Below, piece after piece: positions 1-11,167 of a stretch of 20,000 nt of DNA. The stretch's first letter is position 1, and each line of letters starts with the position of its first letter. The notes under the pieces were generated by a model. The model had not been told where the DNA came from. It worked only from the letters and a program-made list of their open reading frames with translations, and did not search any database. Made by a program: the position numbers and the translations under genes. This stretch comes from Asterionella formosa (taxonomy: Eukaryota). The stretch lies in contig NKIB01012799.1 in assembly GCA_002256025.1 (NCBI GenBank), positions 50,345 to 70,344 of the forward strand, given 5' to 3'.

Positions 1-1889
1 ACGTGGTTGCATCACTTTCCCGCTGGCCGTCCTCACAAATAACTTTCTCTGCTTCAATTGCTGTATTATCCGCCTTGCTCTACAAAGCTACAGATCCATG
101 TATAAAATTCAAAAATAGAAAGGTTAAGGCAACTATATTTGAAAAACAATTTCGTGCTTTTTCGACTGTTGCTTTGGCCATCTCAGGCAACTTTTGGCGA
201 TGTATGAGGACCCTTTGTTGTTTGTTTGCCATCACCTCCTCTCAACAAGCATTTGAGAACGGATATAACACCACAAGAGCATCAATTTTTGTTGAATGTT
301 GGATTATGTTTTGTAAAACTCAAAAGATTACATGGTAGAGAATCAAAACCGTTAAAAATTTGGTGACAAGAATCCATGTACAATAGCAATATAGCCCGAA
401 TGGAACTTCGCACTTAGCTACTAGGTCATTCTATAATTAAGAAAGTAACAAAATTGCATCACTTTCCAACGAATATTTGAGTGGCTGGCCATTTTGGAAA
501 AGGGGATGATGATATAAAAATTTACCCAGAAAATATCATATGTATGTCAAATTGGGTTCAATTAATCTACTATATCAACCAACTGTGGTAGAAGATGGTT
601 GCTACTAAATGAAAGTAAAATAAAGCTAGGTTTCTTTAAGGAATCTCGATTTTTTCCACCATTTCGATTGGCCATTTGGCCATCTCGAGCAAAATGCAGA
701 GTTATGAGGTTTTTTGGGCTAGCTACGCCTAGTATTCTCCTCGACGAGGGTGCAAAACCGTACGTGAGCCAAGAAGAGCAACAGATGATATTGGAACAGG
801 ACGTGACAGATATTTTTCTTTAATTTTTATTTATGCCTAGGACTGACAGACATTTCCTGACTCAGACGACATTAGAGATCAAAGTTTGAAATTAACTTTT
901 AATGATTGGCATATGTTGCCATAAAAATGAAAATATTCGATATTTTCAAATATTATTTCACAAACAGGTTTTTATGGAACTGTTACTTCAAATAACGTAG
1001 CTATTTCAGGACTATTTCATATTAACAATTTCAATCAACTTCGAATAACAACTTTAAAAAACAAAGTTTGCTTAAACTAGCTGATCCATTGAGCTGTAAA
1101 ATAAATCTCATACTGGCAATTGCCCTGCAGTTGTCAGGATTTAACAAGTAGGTTCTGGGTAATTGTGAGCTTAATGATTAGTTTATCGATATTAGCTCCT
1201 AGTCCGAGGGGAGGGGGGGGGGACTCACAAGGGTCTTGATGAGAAGGGTATGTTCTAGGTGTCAAGAGTCCATGCTAGGTGTCATGCATGTTTTAGCCTA
1301 GCATTGGTACATCTATTCTAGAGATACATCTGTACCAATAGTTATCACGTAACATATAGCTGAGGGTACATAATGCAATATGTACTACGAGCTACATAGA
1401 TACTAGTAACCGTGTGTATAGCATCACGTCCTTATCATGATCACTCTCGTGTACATGTATATGTACTACGTATGGGTTTCATGGTAGTCGTGTGCGTAAT
1501 GTAAAAAGGGTACACCTTTCAGTTATGGTTGAAGTGGTATACATTCACAGTGTGTATTGTGTAAATCTCTTCAGTGAGAGTAAACAAGTACCGTATACTT
1601 TATATGGTCTGTATAGAAGAGCCTATAAGGTTAATGTTATATAGGACTTATACCATCTAATGATATACCAGTAGTATACTATCTAGCGTGGTACATACTG
1701 TACCATAGGTCATTATTTTTCAATATTACTTCTACCTGTAATCACAATGATTTACAAGTAGTCCTTCTATATTGTATACTCCATGTCGATTACCAATACA
1801 CATGTAGAAGAATATGCTGATATATAGTGGAGAGTGAAATTTGTCTTTCATCATTGTTAGTTGAGGATAATCAGATGTGACATATGAAT

Positions 1890-2106
1890 ATGTAAAATAA
1901 ATAAATGATAATCCATTTTATTGCTCATTTGTACTTGATCACTCATTCTAGGCAAGTAGTCGTTGTGTTTACTGCCAACAAGACCTGTGCTTCCCTAGAA
2001 GTGGCCACCTTAGCCGAAGCATTAGGGGAAACGCCAACACATAGGAAGGCAGCATGCGCTGCTTCGGGGTGCATCCACTATTTCCTGCACACTTGACAAG
2101 ACCATG
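1890..2106 (-). mobile_element. SINE-like element copy A, 5'-truncated (body and 3' tail only, no tRNA head)
   Basis: Matches the reverse complement of 12207-12440 in blocks: CTGCCAACAAGACCTGTGCTTCCC (identical), CTTAGCCGaAGcaTTAGGGGAAAC, CCACTATTTCcTGCACAC..GaCAAGACC and GCtCATTtGTACT. The segment equivalent to ~12307-12358 is shorter here. Boundaries approximate. Confidence 0.8.
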
Positions 2107-2241
2107 ACCCACACAAAGTATGTGTATTATTATTACTATGTATGAAGGTGGAAGAAAAAATTTATAAAATCAATCACAGAATTTGGGATGAAGTTGGTAT
2201 ACAGTTTGCGATTCGACTGGTGGCTTTCACCACACCATGAT

Positions 2242-2287
2242 TGAGAAGGGCGCTGGTCTCCATCTGAGAAGGGGGCTGGTCTCCATC
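2242..2287. repeat. Tandem duplication, 2 x 23 bp (TGAGAAGGG[C/G]GCTGGTCTCCATC)
   Basis: Units at 2242-2264 and 2265-2287 differ at one position. Confidence 0.9.
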
Positions 2288-3422
2288 TAATGAGTGACAC
2301 CAAGTGTGTCATCATTTTTGCTACTTCTCCCGATGCTCCAAGCCACTATTTACGTCATATGGATAAAACAAAAGCCTTACTCTGGAGCAACTATCTTGTT
2401 GAAAACATCCTGTACTCAGCTTGCTTGCCCCCCCCCCCCAGCTTGCCAAGGCTCAGGTTTAGAATTTTGGAAGGTTCACATGACCACCATTCATGCATCG
2501 ATGTCATCTCCACTTGTTGTCGCTGTATCTTTGAGAAAAGCAAATCCTGACATAGAAGATGATCCTCCTTTAATTTTTTTATAAATAGGAGTATCAGGTA
2601 ACAGTGAACTGTTCTTTTTTGGTGGTATGTTTACTTCAACTTCAATCTTGCTTATGCATACTGGTAGTATCATTACATTAAGGGTGATGACAATCGGCAT
2701 GAAATATTGATGTCATGCATTTAAGCAAAGTTAGATAGGGCAACACATCCCTAGAACTTTAAGCATAAATAATGGGAGCAAATGCAATTATAAGCAAAAC
2801 AGATGTGTTCCTATATTTTTAGCTAAATCCGCTTAAAGCCAAAAATAATTTGGATCAACAAGGCTGCCAGGATGATGGATAAAATGAAATAAATATGAAA
2901 GGTACAATAAGTTTGGAACTGATATCATTATAGCAGGAAAGCAAATGTACATAGAACTAGACATAGAAAAATTATGACAACTTACTCGTCCACTCACCAT
3001 TCAATAATAAAACCCTACATAAAATTAAAATATATGGATATGATGTTATCCTTTACATAACAATAATGCAATGCTCTATGATTTACCAGTTGGTCTACCT
3101 GCATATATGGGTGAGTAAATAAAATAGAGACACCACAGCGCTTTAGAGGTATCTGGAAAGCAGAGAGATTTTATGAGTGTCAGCAGTACAGCATGGCTTA
3201 GCTACCTGTACCTCTATGATACCTGATTTCACTAAATGTAATATTTTTAGTAGGAACTGTTGGTGTCAAATCGGGGCTTACCACCAGATCCTACCAATAA
3301 GGAGATGGGCCTCAGGAGCACTGTTGAAGAGATTGTTTACTGTATAATATAGAAAGGATATTTTCCTTGCTGAGCATGATCCTTTGTGTACGCCGATGTT
3401 CTCTACTTTACTAACTAATAGT

Positions 3423-4966
3423 CTAGCCACCATATCGGAAGTGAAATCTTTGTCCTCCGCCATGTTGAAACTGTTGGTTGAAAAATTGATGGGCGTTCTG
3501 ATGGTGTGCACCACCTCCTTGATTCTCAAATACTGGTTCCCCTCGATCATATTTGGCGCGAAGTTCCTTGTCTGACAAAACCTCATAGGCTTCACTAACA
3601 TCTTGAAACTTCTTCTCAGCTTCGTCCTTGCCTTCGCCAAGGTTCTTGTCAGGATGCCACTTGAGAGCCATTTCACGGTATGCTTTTTTTATTTCTTTCG
3701 CGTCAGCGTTTCGTTGGAGGCCAAGAATTTTATAGTAATTCTTCTCTTTTGACTGCTTCAATGCCACTTCAGCTTCTCGGATCTTTTGCTGGGCTGCTTG
3801 CTTTCCTTCTTGAGGCTGGAATTGAAGTTTACGAGAGTTAGTGACAGGGAGAGGGTTTGCAAAAGTTGAGAAAAGTGAGAAGTACCTTTCATGTGCCATT
3901 GTTTACTTTGATAAAGAATGGTACGTACCGAAATTTCTTCAGCCCTTCTGAAGGAGCGTATGGCATCCTCGAAGTGTTCAGCCTCCACTTGTGCCTCTCC
4001 CAAAGCAAACAAACCCTCCACGCTCTCCAGGTTTTCGATGTGTTTCTCGGCTTCTTCAATAGCCTTGGCGTGCTGGCCTAATTTAGTATGCGCTTTGACA
4101 ATCTTGAGCAGCGTTGGTCGAAAGAAAGCAATATGAGTGCCATCAATATTTATAGCCTGCCACCAATTCCCAATAGCCTCTTCGTACTTGCCAGCATCAA
4201 AGGCGGCGTCTCCTTTTTTGTTTTTCTTTTCTATCCCTTTGATGAACTTGTGACCAGCTTTGCAACCCTTGTGCTCAGGGTCCAACTTCAAACCTTCTCT
4301 GTAGTGGTTGATTGCAGTTGGATGATCGCCTAGTTTCATGTATGCATCACCTCTTAGCTCGTAAGCTTCGATGTGGTTCGCGTGTGCCTTCAATACGCGA
4401 CCTAGGTCACCAATGGTACCGTAGTAGTCTCCTAGATGAAACATAGCCTCGGCCCTTTGGAATGCAAGACCGGAAGCCTGTTCCACATGCTTCATAGCAG
4501 CATCCAACTGATCCACTGCTAAAGCCCAATCCTTTTCGAACATAGCCTGTTGCGCCGCAGAGATCGAGGCAAAGCAACTAATGACTTCACCTTTAAGATC
4601 CTCCTGGCCTTCGAGCGATGCTATCTCCGCCGATGCTTCTTCGCACTGCCCCAATGACTTCAGTAGCTTGATCTTCTGGATCTTGTAGTCATCCGATTGC
4701 GGCTTCAATTCTGCGCTTTTAGAAATCGACCTGAGGGCATCCACATACTTTCGCATTCTTTGTTGAACCCGAAATAGTTTGTAGTGATTGAGCGCATTCT
4801 CTGGCTCTAGGTCAACAGCAGCTTGGTAATATTGCAGCGCAAGTTCCGGCTGCCCTGACATCATGGCTTCCTCTCCCTGTGAGCGTAGCTTTCCAGCAGA
4901 AGCATCTTGGGCGGCAGCGGAAGCAAGCAAATAAAGGAGCGATACAATTGTCCTGCCAGCCATCAT
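3423..4966 (-). CDS. DNAJC3: DnaJC3/P58IPK-like ER co-chaperone (signal peptide, TPR repeats, C-terminal J domain); join(complement(3929..4966),complement(3423..3815)), ~476 aa
   Basis: N-terminal signal peptide [21 protein letters not shown]. Multiple TPR helices (e.g. [57 protein letters not shown]). J domain NYYKILGL...[17 protein letters not shown]...[14 protein letters not shown]...YDRGE with the HPD motif. The two ORF-track ORFs join in frame across a phase-0 intron. Confidence 0.93.
3816..3928 (-). other. Spliceosomal intron (113 bp) in the DnaJC3-like gene
   Basis: Minus-strand donor GTACGT at 3928, branch point CACTAAC at 3843-3837, acceptor TTCCAG ending at 3816. Splicing gives ...AEEIS|PQEGKQ... 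in frame. Confidence 0.9.
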
Positions 4967-5227
4967 GATGGTCCTTGTATGCGTGAGCTGTCTTGAGACT
5001 ACGAGCAGGAATGCGCTTTATTGTTTCTATGAAGAGGATGCCGTGAGGGCTAACAATACTTCAACGACAATGTTGCAATGTTGCAATGTAGAGGGCCAGT
5101 AAGGCGGCGATGACCAATGATGATTTAAGTCATAAACCGTTCGCAAATTGCCACGACGCAAAACTATATTGTTAAAGCCTAAGATGTATACCGGTATACA
5201 CCACAGCCATCATATCATAGACCGGAA

Positions 5228-5378
5228 CCAGGTACCTGAACCAGGTACCAGGTACCTGGTACCACGTACCCTGGTACACCTTATGCTATCCGGTATGACG
5301 ACAAACGACACGAGCGCGCACAAGCAAGCCAGTAACACTAGGTACCTGGTACTGGTACCTGATGCTGGTACCAGGTAG
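5228..5378. repeat. Cluster of GTACCAG/CTGGTAC (CCAGGTACCTGG-type palindromic) repeats upstream of the DnaJC3-like gene
   Basis: ccaggtacctgaaccaggtaccaggtacctggtacc... and taggtacctggtactggtacctgatgctggtaccagg; more units at ~5624-5653. Confidence 0.8.
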
Positions 5379-5414
5379 CTAAATCTGACGAATGATACAG
5401 ATGAACCGTAGGAA

Positions 5415-5481
5415 GGGGGGGGGGGGGGGGGGGGGGGGGTTGTGTGGGGGGGTGGTGGGTGGGGGGGGTGGGGGTGGGGGT

Positions 5482-5543
<62 letters not shown>

Positions 5544-5586
5544 GGGGGGNNNNNNNNNNCCCCGGCCCCCCCCCCCCCCCCCCCCC
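5415..5586. other. Assembly gap (10 N at 5550-5559) flanked by poly-G on the left and poly-C on the right; likely artefact
   Basis: A G homopolymer runs into the gap and a C homopolymer runs out of it, so both strands read poly-G toward the gap. This is the pattern expected from no-signal poly-G read tails. Confidence 0.8.
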
Positions 5587-6297
5587 AGACGGTATTACTG
5601 GCACTCTTTTTTACCAATACAATACCAGGTACCAGGGTGGTACCCAGTGGGTACAAGGGTGACAATGACCAGCCAGCAAGCAATGTAATAAGCAGTACTG
5701 TAATCCGCAAAGTAAGCAAGTTTTGCTTACTTGTTTGCTTCCTATTCTCCAAACTCAGACTGCAGGGCGTCCTTCCAGGATTTCCCAGCATAGGGCGAGG
5801 TGGAGCCGAGCTCCATCTCCTTGAATCAGTGTCCATGTATGATACCACGCCTAAAGAGAAGTTTCCACTTTCTTGATCCACAAAAGCTTTTGGGACAACA
5901 CGTGCCGCTTAATTCGAATGGCACTTGGCAGTTGGAATAACTATATCAGTCTCATTTCCCATGATGTGGGCATACAGGAGTGCTTCACATTCATCAGCTT
6001 GTTCCTCGAGAACTCTATACAAATTGACAATTTGCGATCAATCAATTCTCAGTAGATAATAACCTCATTTCACATCTTTTGCTTTGATTATTCGCTCATT
6101 TTATTGCTGCAGTCGTAGTCTTATTTGTACTGTAGCTACTGTAAAAGTGTCATATTTGCTCATTGCACCAATATTTAAAAATTGCTACATCTCTAATTAT
6201 TACATGAAAAAATGTGCTATTGGCGACTTCAATTTTCGTTCTCAATATTTATTCTTTTATTATTTTGAACGGAATGGTGTATATGATATATGTTCTA

Positions 6298-6449
6298 AAG
6301 GAATGACTTAGTTGTTGTGCATGTTGCTTGCCTTTGAACTGAATTTGTGCGGTTCAATTCCCGCAACTTTTTTGAGAAGAAATTGTTGGGTTCGACTCTC
6401 ACACTTCTTAGTACCATCCCACAAGTTCTTGCCTGAATGCAAGAAAATA
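6298..6449 (+). mobile_element. SINE-like element copy B (degenerate tRNA-like head plus part of body; 3' part missing)
   Basis: GAATGACTTAGTTG (A-box-like), CCTTTGAACTGA, B-box-like GGTTCAATTCC 6351-6361, T6 run, second GGTTCGACTCT 6389-6399, then TCTTGCCTG..TGCAAGAAA. Collinear with 12091-12231. Confidence 0.8.
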
Positions 6450-6607
6450 ACACTTCTCATAGAGCAAAACAAACATGCTGTCTACCGATATTCATTGGCC
6501 AGCCGATGTACAAGCTAAGAGCGCATTTGGAAATATGTTCATGTACCCGGTCAATATGATTTCGAATAACGTAACTATTGATTTTGAGTTTAAAATCAAG
6601 TCTAAAT

Positions 6608-6757
6608 AGAGAATGGCTTAGTAGTTTAGCACATTGCTGTTGATCTAAGGTTGTGAGGTTCGATTCCTGCAATTTTTTGAGAAACAATTCGGTTCGACTC
6701 CCACACTCTTTAACTTCCCGCATAGTCTTGCCTGGTGTGCAAGAGATAGTGGGTTCC

Positions 6758-6813
<56 letters not shown>

Positions 6814-6834
6814 GCCTTTCTAGGCGGTTGGAGT
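6608..6834 (+). mobile_element. SINE-like element copy C (tRNA-like head plus body, with internal (AC)27; 3' tail missing)
   Basis: A-box TGGCTTAGTAG 6614-6624, B-box GGTTCGATTCC 6657-6667, T6 6673-6678, second B-box-like GGTTCGACTCC 6691-6701, GTCTTGCCTGGTGTGCAAGAgATAGTGGGTT. Homology resumes after the microsatellite with CCGCCTTtCTAGGCGGTtGGAGT (compare 12262-12284). Confidence 0.88.
6759..6812. repeat. (AC)27 microsatellite
   Basis: Perfect dinucleotide run. Confidence 0.98.
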
Positions 6835-7675
6835 AGCAAAAAACGCAAATTTCGAGCAAGCTGACCTGTCCAGGGACTCCCTGCCTACTCTTGGGGTACT
6901 ATTTAATTTATCAAAACACTGGGGCTCAGAAATACTGGAGGAATCCGAGGAAACGAGCATCTCCATGGCCCATAAATGGTCATCTGTAGCCATCCTTCCT
7001 TCAACTGTGGTCATAGGCTACTACACAGGCATGGGATGAAAGCAATGGCTAAGGTGCTTCATCATGTTAAAAATCAAAGTATATTGCCTTTGGAATTTGA
7101 TGTGCAAATTTCATCTTTCTACACCAGAAGGGATGAGATATGTGTTCGAGGAGATGCACATTTGTTTCAGGGCCCACTTCACTAACTTCTCAAATCAAGA
7201 GTGCGATCAATAGCAGTTCTTGGCAAAGGCCAAGTTTTTGTTCAAGGAATCAGCGGCATTGGCTAAAACAGACAGCAATATTTGAAAAAAAATCTCAGAG
7301 TATCAGCAAAAAGGGAGGGTGTTAGACCACCACTACAGGCAATGGGGGGGGGTTCTCATTCTAGAACAAGCAACAGTTCAAACAAAGTTACATAAGGGAA
7401 AGAATGAATATATAAGATACCACACCACTGTCCCACCCACCAAGTATCCTGCTCGACTCCCAGTCGAGGGAATACCCCCACCTTTTCCCAGCATTCCAGC
7501 ACCCAGCACAGTCACCACGTTTGTTGGGTTCATTCTGATACTGGGTCGGTAGGTAAGTCTGCACACCATGGCTGGCAATGCCAGGGAACACTACCCGGTA
7601 TGCAAGCTCCTCTACTGTTCCTAGCAATAGGGTCGTTTGAAATGAAGTTATGATATAGTACTTACTACATACTCC

Positions 7676-7885
7676 GTACCTGGTACCTGGTACCCCTCCC
7701 CCTGGCATCATCATTAATGATGAGCGATACTCAATTCGGTTGCTTCGCTCCCATGCATGTACCGGTAGAGGTGGTTCCTGGTACTCCTACGGAAAATGAT
7801 ATCATGATATCGGAAAGCTAGTACCAGGTACCAGGTACGTCGTACAGGAGTACCAGGTACCAGTACCTGGTACTCATACCGGTAT
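7676..7885. repeat. Cluster of GTACCAG/CTGGTAC repeats upstream of the Nudix gene
   Basis: gtacctggtacctggtaccc from 7676 and gtaccaggtaccaggtacgtcgtacaggagtaccaggtaccagtacctggtact from 7821. Confidence 0.8.
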
Positions 7886-7950
7886 TGTAATTTGGAATTA
7901 CCGGTAAGTCCATAAATATATCAAAAGCGTCATAACGAAAGAAAACCAAC

Positions 7951-8688
7951 ATGACAACTGTCGGGCTAGTCCTAACTTCTTTATTGCTACTGTCACTACA
8001 ACCCCTTACATTTTCATCGTCCGATAGTGTCGCGCCACAATTGGCTTTTGTTCGGAAAACGCAAAGCCTCCATAGCGGCAAGCATAACACCAGCTCAACA
8101 GTATCCACAACGCCGCATGGATACAACATTGTCGACGAGAAAGTCGTGTACAGTAAATGGCGAATCTTGCTGCAACGACTGATACAATTACCCAACGGTA
8201 AAGTGGCAGACTTTGATATCGTCAGTCAAAAGGGGGCTGGAGCTGCCATTGTTTTTGTTTGGGATAGCAACACCAAGACCGCTACATTGGTCCGCGAATA
8301 CAACCCTGGACCTCACGAAATACTTTACGGTTTGGCTGCTGGCTTGATTGAGCAAGATAAACACAATGATTCTGATCCTAGAGTTGCAGCTGAATATGAG
8401 TTGAATGAAGAATGCCATTTGGAAGGAGGGACGTGGCATATGCTGACTGACAGACCTATAGCTATGGATAAATATGTGGACTTCAGGGTACATGCCTATC
8501 TGGTCATTGATCCAACGCCTGTGGAATATCCAAGACCATTGGACGATGAGGAAATTATTGAGATTATACGTGGTGTTACACTGGATGAGATAAAGCGAAT
8601 GCTACGAGGAGGAGAAATGAACATGGTTGCAAGTTGGGCTTCCCTGTTGGCATTGGAAAGGTTGAGAGATTTGGGTGAAATAGAGTAA
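7951..8688 (+). CDS. Nudix hydrolase (ADP-ribose/ADP-sugar pyrophosphatase-like) with N-terminal signal peptide, 245 aa
   Basis: Intronless ORF preceded by A/C-rich context (AAAACCAACATG). Hydrophobic N-terminus. Nudix-box-like AAGLIE...VAAEYELNEECHL preceded by LVREYNPG and followed by LDDEEIIEI, as in NudF-type enzymes. Substrate is inferred only. Confidence 0.85.
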   Translation: MTTVGLVLTSLLLLSLQPLTFSSSDSVAPQLAFVRKTQSLHSGKHNTSSTVSTTPHGYNIVDEKVVYSKWRILLQRLIQLPNGKVADFDIVSQKGAGAAIVFVWDSNTKTATLVREYNPGPHEILYGLAAGLIEQDKHNDSDPRVAAEYELNEECHLEGGTWHMLTDRPIAMDKYVDFRVHAYLVIDPTPVEYPRPLDDEEIIEIIRGVTLDEIKRMLRGGEMNMVASWASLLALERLRDLGEIE

Positions 8689-8704
8689 GTAGTCTAGGAA
8701 CTTT

Positions 8705-10567
8705 TCAGGTCAGCTCTTGAAGGACTTCCTGTAATGCATGCTGTAATAACTCAGGATCTGCGTTACCAAGACTTTCCTTCATTGCTTGGCCAATGAAGAA
8801 TCTCTCCATTTTCGTAACATCCTTGCCACCCTTGCGATACCGCTCCAGATGCGAGTTGTGTTTTGTATCATAAACCACTTGGATGCAAAGATCTTTCAGT
8901 TGTTTGAGGTCAGAGACGACCTTCCAATTGCGCTCCGCTGCAATAATTCGAGGACTCTTACCCGCCACTTCTGTGTACATCACCTCCAGCGTTTTCTTTG
9001 CCATGGTAGTTGACAGCGTTCCATCAATAATTAGGACCATCAATTCACCTAGCTGAATCCCACTTACCAAAGATTCTTGGACGGTAACCTCGATTTCCTC
9101 GTCCACCATTGGCAAATGTCTTTTCACAAGCGCGAACAGGTCATTGCATAGCCAGTTGGCCGTCATCGTTTCAAGCCTGGATGCGGATGGATGGTCACCC
9201 AATGTTCGCCTGGCTTCTTTAATTGCTTCCTCGTACAAGGCAACAGCGGAGGGATCACTTGTGATAACCAACGCCACAGACTCTTGTAAACCATACTCAT
9301 GCATCAACCTCAACGTAGCCTTTTCTGGTAATTCTCGGAGATACGTGTCAAGGAATCCCTTCAGGTCGTGTCCACCCAAGGTATCTTTGTCTAAGGCAAT
9401 CGGTGGCAAATCCGGCTCGGGCATGAAACGATAATCTACAGCACCCTCTTTTGACCGAGTTGTTACGGTCGTGAGTGTACTAGGATCAAACGTTCGGGTT
9501 TCTTTTTTCGTGGGGCAACCTTTCGAGAATGCAATTGCTTGTCTAATGGCCTCGTATTCGGCGGCTTGGGCAACTTGTTTGATGGAATTGAGATTCTTTA
9601 CTTCCACCCGATGGCCTGTACCTGGTGGCAAGTGCTCCCGAAAAGGATTATCAGGGTCAACTTGAATTCCTGTATTTTCCCCCAAGGGTGCAATTGAAAT
9701 GTTGAGATCACATCGAAGCGAGCCCTCTTCCATTTTTCCATTGCATGTTCCTATGTGCCGGACAAGGTTGCGAAAGGTTGCGAGAACTGCAGAAGCGTCG
9801 TTAGCTGACCGAATATCTGGGAGAAATACAATTTCGATCAAAGCAGACCCTGCTCGATTAAAATCGACTATTGATTTTGTTATGAACCTGTCATTCTGTG
9901 TCGAGGAGAAAACGAGGATGAGCGACTATGATGGTTGTCGTACTGTTACATGAATGCGCCGATGCAGGAAACGTACCACTTTCCTTGTCACTGTCGTAGT
10001 CTTCCCAGTATCTTGCTCGAGTTGAATTCGGTCGATGCCGACAGCGATAAACTTTTCGCCGCCACACTGTTCCTTCTTTCCCGGCAGAGCGCGCTTCCTG
10101 CTTTGTAGTCGCCCATTTCGGGCCAAAGGCCAGCGCTGTTGCGTCATTTGATAGCCGAGGGGTTGATCGGCGTACGCATAGTGCTTCCGCTCAAAACGAG
10201 AAATGTGCTGTAGCTCGCAGTTGCAGGCCGCTGCTGTTAGGACAGCAGCTTGTAGGGCGTCGGCCGAAAGGACTGGCAAGACGCCGGGCACCGCCACGTC
10301 CAGGGGATGGACGGCTTGATTGGGGTTGGCGTTGGCAGTTGAGGCTGCCGAAAAGAGCTTGGTTGGTATGTCCAGTTGCGCATGGATTTCCATCCCAATT
10401 ATAGTTTGAAATAAAGGTTCTGCGTGAAAGGAGACTATCCCGGTGTCTAGGTCGACATTCCAGTCAACTGATGAGAGTGATCGAGCGCCGAATTTCTGGC
10501 AACAATTTTCGGTTATGGAAGACCATTTGGCTGATGAAACGAATCGAAACATTTTCATCGACGACAT
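8705..10567 (-). CDS. gatB: Asp/Glu-tRNA(Asn/Gln) amidotransferase subunit B, organellar (probably mitochondrial, PET112-like); join(complement(9977..10567),complement(8705..9895)), ~593 aa
   Basis: GatB motifs in order: IGMEIHAQL..TKLFS, PGVLPVL, FERKHYAYAD, IQLEQDTGK, VDFNRAG..LIEIV, MEEGSLRCDLNISI, VEVKNLNS, KETR, DYRFMPEPDLPP, plus a C-terminal YqeY-like tail (FFIGQAMK..GNADP). The Ser/Arg/Lys-rich N-terminus ending ...GARSLSS resembles a mitochondrial presequence. Confidence 0.95.
9896..9976 (-). other. Spliceosomal intron (81 bp) in gatB
   Basis: Donor GTACGT at 9976; pyrimidine tract and CACAG acceptor ending at 9896; phase 0. Splicing restores ...TTVTRKV|NDRFITKSIVDFNRAG. The intron contains an in-frame TAG (9926-9928). 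Confidence 0.88.
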
Positions 10568-11167
10568 GCAAAGGCGCTGTGATCAAGTGATTTTTGGTCG
10601 ACGCTCTCATCGTTGTCGATGTTCAGCTTGGAGGGAGTAGGCAGGGGAACCATCAAGCTTGACCTCGCGTTTTGCGTTCGGCGGGGCATGTACCGTTCGT
10701 TTTGTGGTCCAAGATACAAATGTACAGTAAGCGTTGATGCGTGTGTGGCCTATTATTAATCTACCGGTACATAACTATTACATACTGGTAATACATGAGT
10801 TTTAATAATAGTTATGATAATTTTTTACTAAATTTACCGCTTTTAGGTGTACGAATGTACCCGTATACTTATATGTATATTGTAGAATCTATAATTTTTA
10901 GCTTAAATGTATTCCGTTGTTGTAAATACCGGTAAGCAAATACAATTGATGTACCGGGTCTCCAGGTGCCAGGGGTACCAGGTTAGCATCACCGTGTATT
11001 TGTTAGGGAGGACCAGGCCCCAGTACCTTATGGTTGATGTGGCTTCGCTTCTGCCTCGTCGTTCGTTGCTTGCTGAGGCGCTATGATGTATGATTCTCAT
11101 GATTATCGTGAGTGACATCATTCCCATTGATTGTACCCAACACATCAAGAAATAACATACAAACACC

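Noticed and set aside
3..1880. ORFs 3-338 and 599-823, and the GTAC/TATA-rich stretch ~1250-1850
   Set aside because: No recognisable protein motif or defined repeat unit; probably decayed repetitive or intergenic DNA.
2242..2287. CRISPR-like direct repeats (also 18236-18275)
   Set aside because: Only two adjacent units, no spacers, eukaryotic context; these are simple tandem duplications.
5210..5881. Poly-Pro and poly-Gly ORFs (extensin-, formin- or silaffin-like) and a possible G-quadruplex
   Set aside because: All derive from the poly-G/poly-C runs around an N gap, most likely a sequencing or assembly artefact.
5880..6040. Possible transposase remnant on minus (…DIVIPTAKCHS…, faintly like PKCHPE motifs)
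   Set aside because: Only a few residues match, followed by a stop, with no downstream GIEY/W motif; too weak without an HMM search.
6457..6848. ORFs with (CV)n repeats
   Set aside because: They are translations of the (AC)27 microsatellite.
9926..9928. gatB as a pseudogene or split gene because of the stop between its two ORFs
   Set aside because: The stop lies inside a canonical 81-bp GT-AG intron whose removal restores a full-length GatB.
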